64,000 nucleotides of DNA. Origin: a virus (Duplodnaviria; Caudoviricetes). The notes below the pieces were generated by a model. It was not told the origin of the DNA and ran no database searches. It was given only the letters and a program-made list of their open reading frames with translations. The translations under genes and the position numbers were made by a program. This document shows positions 57,336 to 64,000 of this stretch, one piece after another. The DNA is taken from the IMG/VR virus record IMGVR_UViG_3300028888_000069, positions 32,001 through 96,000 of that record; one strand, given 5' to 3'. Numbering within the stretch: the first letter of the stretch is position 1; the number at the start of each line of letters is the position of its first letter.

Positions 57336-58312
57336 TATCCCCAAGGTTTTAATGGATTTCTATTATCTCTTTCTCTTTGTTGTTCTAAAACAGGTAACAT
57401 TATCCTATTCACCCAATTACGAGGGCTTGTTGGAACATAAGGAACTTTTGGCTTTTCTCTTCTTTGTTGTTCTTCCATTTGTCTTATTCTCCTATCCCTA
57501 CCTACATTATATATCCTTCTATCCTATTCTCTTCTTCTTCTTTGTATTTCCCTAGTATAAGGCCTGTCTTTTAATCTTTCATTTCTTACTGCTGTCGTAG
57601 ACAGTAAATTACCTGCTCTATGCTAAGTGGATTCTCTTGCAACATTTGACATATCTTCCATAAATTTTAATGAATCTAATGAATTGCCAAATCTTCTTGC
57701 ATATTCTCTTCCTACATCATCAAATCCTTTTACTACAAGTTTCTTGGTTTCAGGATCCTCAAAGCCATGAGCCGTATGCTCAAATGCTCCAGGCATGTCA
57801 TATAAATCTCCCTATGAAAAAGGATGCTTTGCTAAGTCTTCAGCGGCATCTCTATAAGAACTATAACCATAATAATTTGGAACAATATGCCCAAAGAATT
57901 CATTATTAAATTCACTTAATCTCATGGCTTTTTTATTTATGTCTGTTGTATTTCTAGGAAAACCGTATTCTGTATAGTCTCTATCAGAACCTAAAAATAT
58001 TATTCCAGGAAGAGTATGAGGCCTTTGTCGTCCATCATCATAAGTATGCCCCAATGGATATAATTCTCTTCTTCCTCCAGATACAACAATTCTAGGTTTT
58101 ATGGTATCCATCAAGTTTAATACCCTTTGTGTATTATATTTATTTTCAACCATATCTTTATATATGGCATTTCCTAGATTTCTATCTTCAAAATAATTTG
58201 AAAATTTAGACTAATTGGGGTCTTCTACTATATATTCTTCTATTATTTCCTCATCAGGTCTTTTTCTAGTATTATAGTCCCAATATAAATGTGATAAACT
58301 AATTGGAATCAT
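57335..58312 (-). CDS. hypothetical late protein (325 aa, TAG=Gln)
   Basis: ATGA-coupled start (MIPISLSHLYW) and TAATG-coupled stop. Arg-rich C-terminus. Confidence 0.7.
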
Positions 58313-60987
58313 TTTTCCTACATTAATTTAATTAGCCCTGTTCTATCTTCCGTATTATTCATTATCTCTTTTGTAAGCATTCTTCCACATTGTATAGCTA
58401 TTTCATCCTTTTTAGAATTAGAAGCATCTTCAAATTCCTTTTTTAATTTTTCTATTTTGTCTGTTACTTCTTTTCTAAAAATTATTTCATTACATTCTAT
58501 TTCTGCCTATTGTTTTCCTTCTGTATCAACAACAGGTATTCCTTTCTATGTTAATTCTTTTGAATTTTCCATATGATGTTTCCTGGCATGTAAAGCCCCT
58601 TCAGGAATAACATTTAAAGAACCTCCCTTTTTAAAGCTCTATGATCCTGTCATAAAATCATAATCACTTGAATTTATAGCTCCACCTTCTTTAAAAGAGG
58701 TCTATCTTCCATTTTGGTTTACTACTCCTACTCCATCGCCATTTAAAAATATATCTCTTCCTTTTCTGTCTTTTCCTATAGGTTTTCTTCCTTGTTTTTG
58801 GTCCTCATCTATGGAATCTACTTCTATATATTCTCCTTCTATAAAATCTTTTCCTTTTAAAGGGATTTTAATTTTCTTTAAAGAGCCTCCTTTTTTATAC
58901 CTTTTAGGAGATTTCAAATCTCTATAATACTCATCAACTGGGACATTAAATATAAAGGACAGAACTTCAGGAGAATACATATGGAGTAAATCTCTCATAT
59001 TATCTCCATATTTATTTTCATCTGTATCTTTTAAATTAATGAAAAATTCAGGAGAATATTGTTGTCCTTTAGACATATATTTAGCGGCAGCTATTCTTGC
59101 AACTAATTCTTCTGGCTAATAATATCTATCTGGATTTTGTTTTATAAAAGATATGTCTGCTCCTAATTTTTTAAGCCTTTCATCACTTAAATTCTCCCAA
59201 TAGTCTTTTAATTGTTCCATTACTTTTTTAGAAGGAAAAGCATGGAATCTTTCATGTACTAAAAATTCATTAGGTGTTCCTTTATATGTTCCTGGTAAAT
59301 AAATTATTCCGTCATCATAATAAGGATAAGGGTCTTTAGTATATACTATTTTTGCATTTTGTGGAGAATTTATTACTATTCCTCCTTCTTGATGTTTAAT
59401 AATCCCTCCGTTTTTATATTCATTGTAATGTCTGATAAATACAGGATTTTCTTCTTCAACCGCATTATATTGAGGTTCGTTAATAGTGTAACCTTCTACT
59501 GCCCTTTCTATCTTATCACTCCAAGGTTTATAAGTTTTATATTTTTCTGTAAATAATTTAGCTTCTTCTGGAGACATTATTAAAATATCTCCCATTTGTT
59601 CTGCTCTATCAGCGGCTTTTCTCCAATCATCAATATAAAACAAATTTCCATTTTCGTCTTCTTGAACTTGTGGGAATACAACAGCCCCTCTATCATCAGT
59701 GAAATAGCCTAATATATGAGAAGAAACTCCTTTACCATCAGGACTTTGTATAACTCTTATTTCAGGTTCATTAAGTCTTTGAATAAATCTAGGATTCTAT
59801 TCCATAGCATAATCAATTAGTTCACTTAATGGCCTAACTCTTGGTTTAGAAGATGCAGTCCTTACTCTGTTTCTTAAATTTTGAATATAATTTATAGGTT
59901 CAATTTTAATACCCTATTGTCCTCTTTGAATTTGATTTAATCCACCTTGTATATCCTAAGCATATCTTCCAGTATTTACAGAAGCCATTTGTGATCCTTT
60001 TATTTCTCCTAGTTCAGCTAAATCTCCCATATCAATTAATTTTTCCCAAGCTTCATTAGCAAATGCTAATCTATTTCTTGCTTTTTTATAAGCCCCACGA
60101 GAAAATGTTCCATAGGTTTTTCCCGCTTCATTTATAGCTTTATCTAATTTAGATTCTAGGTTTCCATAACTACCTAATAATCCTGCTGTTTTTTCTTTAT
60201 TTTGCCAACTATAATTATCGAATGTTCCAGTCTTTTTTGCTCCTGCCATATTAAGCCATTTAACAGGGGCAGGAGCCCAGGCTGAACCTAAGATAGCATC
60301 TTGGACTGTCATGCCATCAGTTGATCCAAATAAATTTGATAGTCCTTTATTTAAAGCCATGCCTCCTGATATTACTGAACCAACTGGGCCGATAGCATTA
60401 ACTCCAGCCTGAACAGCATCATAAGCTAAGTCCATATTTTTAGTAATGCTACCATATTTCCCTTGGTATTCTTTAGAAGGGCCATTCATTGCTTGCAAAC
60501 CTGCACCTACTGCTCCCATTCCAAAAGAAGATATTCCAGCAGCACTACCAAAAATATTACCTACTCCAGCCATTCCATTGTTTACAAAAGCCGAACCTAC
60601 TTGACCTAAACCGCTAGAAACTGCTCCTCCAGCAAATTTAGAAAACTTAGAATGGTTTCCCCAAGATTCTATTCCTTGACCTAATAATCCTGCACCTATT
60701 CCAACTGCACTAGTAGCACCAGATTTTAAACCATTAGTAAGTGAATTTTGTAAACTCTGTTGTAAACCTCCTTGAAGAAGTCCTCCAGCAATTCCTGATA
60801 TTATATTTCCTCCTGTAGAATTACCAAAAATATAGGGAGCTAAAGCATTTGCTGTGGACATCCAACTTGCATAATTATTAGTATTCATATTAGAAACGGC
60901 AGCAGCAACATTAGTTCCACTATTAGCTTGTGGCTAAGCTCCTCCTATAGGACCAGAAGGATTCTCATATTTTAGTACTTTTCTCAT
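58309..60987 (-). CDS. modular virion cargo protein (~892 aa, TAG=Gln): Gly-rich N-terminus, HExxH zincin module
   Basis: Three co-framed fragments with ATGA coupling at both ends. VHERFHA...PEEL, NVIPEGALHARKHHM, five [YFH]xxGG motifs. Confidence 0.8.
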
Positions 60988-63900
60988 GAATTACTTACTG
61001 TATAAAATGTTAATACACTGTGGATTAATGCCAAATCGTTTCCACTATATCTTACTTTTATTTTTATCCATTTATCTCTTATTTTTGTTTCTTTTCTAGC
61101 CGTCCAGTTTCCTGTTCCTAAATGAATTACATCTTCTAATTTCCTTTCTTCTTCATCAAATCCCTATAATACTGTATTAGGTAAATATTCCTTATCAGTA
61201 TAATCTATTTGTTCTTTATAACTTTCAGGTAAATCTTTCTTACTTATAGTACTTACATCAATATCTTCAGGAATATATTGTAAAACCAAAGGAGGTTTAT
61301 CATTCTCTGTCCAGGTTTCGTTCTTCTACATATAGGTTATAGAAGGTATCTATACTCTCCAAGTTCCTTCTTTATAATGAGAATTTCCTCTTATTCTTCC
61401 CTCTTTATTTATAGGAGAGTTTTTAATATGAGTAACAAGATTAAATTGATTCTCATCTTGAGACCAAACTATTTCAGTTCCAGATAGATTTTGGTAATCT
61501 ACACCATTAGAGAACATTAATTGATATGTATGGTATATATCATCAAATTTGTCTATTCTATTATAATATAAAGGGAATATAGTAGATTTCTAATAATACT
61601 ATCCATTTTTCATTTTTTGTGCTTCCCTCTAATTAAATATAGAACCGTTATATGCAACAATATCAGTGTACTTATTATTATAAAGAATATCTGAACCTAA
61701 ATTCTAAAATAATTCTTTTGTTGCTTCTTGTCTGAAATATTCTAAAGGTTTTCCAGAAGAGAAATCATAATTATCTCCATTTATTTCAAAATGGAAAGAT
61801 TCAGGCTCAGTTTTGTTGCTTATAATTCGGAAATCTTCCCATATCTTTTGTAAAGAAAGTTGGTCATTTACAACAAATTCAAATTCAAATGGATGAACTT
61901 TTCCGTACCATTTGGTAGGATATATAGTTTCCTGAATATCAATAATTCCTGCTTTTCCATGTTTCCAGAAATCTGTATTTAAAGAAGCACATTCTATTAT
62001 TTTATTTCCATCTTTATCTAATATATAATTTCCTTGTCCATCTTTTTCATATTCTGGATATGGATTATTAAATACTTCTTCAGAAGTTACAGCTATTGTT
62101 TCTGATTTATTTGTTATAGTAACTGTTTTAGTCTAACCTTTATAATCACTATAGGTTATTTCTCCATTTACAGAAATTTTTAATGTCTATATAGGCTTCT
62201 TTTTAAAATCCGCTTCTTCTCCAGTGTATATTAAATAATGTTCATCATCTTTTTCTATTATTACAAAATTCTTATCGTTTCTATGCAAATCTTTTTCAAA
62301 ACTAAACTGGAACTTCTATCCATATGTTTTATCCGTTTTAGAAAATCCTATATTTAAAGATTCAAAATCATCATATCTTAATTTAGTATAATATTTACTT
62401 CTCTTCTCTTCTCCTTCATACTAGTAAGTAATCTCTTCTGATTCTTTAATTATTGGAATATCTAATGTTATTCCACTACTTTCTGGATTCCAATAATTAC
62501 TTTTCCAAAGTAATGCCATATATTTAGAAGTATCTCTATCAAATGAAAAATACTAATTATCAATATTGGCAGAATAAGAAGGAACCCAAGAATAGAAAGA
62601 TATGAATTGGTTTATATATTCATTAAAACATAAACTCCATACATTTTCTTCTTCTGGTTTTTCTTTTCTATCGTCATAGAATGTAAACATTACATCTTTT
62701 TTATTATTATTGTAATGTGTCTTTACATTTCTAAGACCTATAGTTGGCTAAGTTTCTCTTTCTGATAAAGTTATGTTATCAACTAAGAATTTATTAACTT
62801 TAAAGTCAGATAATATTGTTATACCAGAGCCATTAACTGCCCATATTTTTTTGCTAACAGTATCAACACCATAAACAACACCTGTATCTGATTTTAATAC
62901 ACTTTCTGGCCATTGAGAGCCGACTGAATCTGATATAATATTTAATTCGTCTGGAAGGACTTTATTAGAATTAATAAATATTTGTCCTCCTGCTCCTTCT
63001 CCAGCAAAAGCTCTTTCATTAATTGCAGCTATTCCTATTCCATGCTCAAAAACAACTAATAAATTTCCATTCATTTCTACAAGAGCTGTTATACCACCAT
63101 ATTCAGAAGAATAATCTTGCGAGTAAGTGTTTAATGAATACCTATAATTATTTTTATAAGAATCTTGTATAGCTATTGCTGAGTATTGTATTCTATTTGA
63201 GAAAGTATCTTTTATATAATTAATATTATGTAACTCAAAATAGTTTTTGAATCCTAATGTATTTCTAAAACCATCATTATACAAATAAGAATCCTATAAT
63301 TTATTTTCTCCTTTTGCTCCCAATTTAGTTCTTGGCCAAAAACTTCTAGGAGATCCCATTATAGCCTCTTCTGATACATAAGAATGGTCTACAGACCTTA
63401 AAGCATAATTGGTTGCTGATTTTACTCTTATAGTAATCCAACTTCCCATCTAAACAGCATTTAAATCACCGACAGCAATATTAGCCCATTTAGATTGGTT
63501 ACTAACTGTATAATTATCTCTCCAAGTTTTTTTATCTATTATAACATCATTACTTGGAAGAGAAGGGTCATTAAAATTCCTAAATACTCTATAAGTAAAA
63601 GTATTTAAATAACAATCTCCTCTAAAACACTTTAATATTCTTTCATTATCTACTAAAGTAATACTTTCAAAATTATATCTATCAGAAATTGCAAAAAAGG
63701 AATCACTTGAGTTCATTCTGTCTAAATATTCCTATTGAGAGCCTCCTTCAATCCATGTTGCAGGATATATATTATAAGTAATTCCAGTTTCTAATTCTGA
63801 ATCACTATTTATAGCTAAATAAGGAGAATACTATCCCCTGACTAAATTAGAAGCCTTATCTACATTCTTAGAAGATTTTTTATCTCCCATTTTCATAACA

Positions 63901-64000
63901 CCATTATCATATTCTACATATTCAAATCTAAATGCTTCTTGTGTTTCCCCAATAGTAGATTTATATATATCTTCTCCGATAGCAGCTATAGGAATATCTT
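60984..64000 (-). CDS. tail stabilisation/muzzle-like structural protein, C-terminal part (partial, TAG=Gln)
   Basis: Co-framed fragments. NRIQYS, DYSSEYGGIT, FNEYINQFISFYSW, FEFVVND and KIRDKWIKIKVRY resemble crAss-like tail stabilisation proteins. Lies upstream of the cargo genes. Confidence 0.65.

Noticed and set aside
22356-59556. Short plus-strand ORFs in the late region (e.g. 42020-42301, 45802-46137, 48758-49222, 57352-57555)
   Set aside because: They are antisense shadows of the code-15 genes, with Ser/Phe/Ile-rich composition and no motifs.
21774-64000. Pseudogenisation or sequencing error as the cause of fragmented minus-strand ORFs
   Set aside because: Fragments stay in frame over more than 10 kb, the breaks inspected are TAG only, TAG sits at Gln positions in repeats and in helicase motif III, and catalytic motifs are intact.
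1-64000. Suppressor tRNA, other tRNAs or a CRISPR array
   Set aside because: The few intergenic gaps show no cloverleaf with a T-loop and no repeat-spacer pattern. A suppressor tRNA may lie outside the window.

Overview
AT-rich segment of a crAss-like (Crassvirales, Bacteroidota-infecting) phage genome with two convergent blocks that meet at a long hairpin terminator (~21730-21775). The + strand block (1-21723) is a replication and nucleotide-metabolism module: primase tail, Holliday-junction resolvase, NT5C nucleotidase, RecE-like exonuclease, class III RNR (nrdD/nrdG) with thioredoxin, dUTPase, ATP-dependent ligase, a sigma-70 factor, PolA, ThyX and three calcineurin-like phosphoesterases. 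It reads almost entirely in the standard code. The - strand block (21774-64000) looks fragmented in the ORF track, but the fragments are co-framed and the breaks inspected are TAG. With TAG read as Gln (code 15) they join into 11 tightly coupled late/virion genes. These include a tail stabilisation/muzzle-like protein, several cargo proteins, a ~3515 aa protein with an SF1 helicase domain, a ~3409 aa virion RNA polymerase (GSDYDIDK), a ~928 aa zincin and a ~1575 aa protein. Gene boundaries were traced by hand and the giant ORFs were spot-checked rather than read codon by codon. Highlights: (1) internal sequence evidence that TAG = Gln; (2) cysteines at both sides of each of the three junctions between the four giant ejected proteins but not at the two outer ends, suggesting a covalent daisy chain; (3) a recurrent [YFLH]xxGG motif bounding modules of the smaller cargo proteins; (4) a single TAG at codon 6 of the resolvase inside the otherwise TAG-free early block. 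No tRNA, CRISPR array, intron or intein was recognised.
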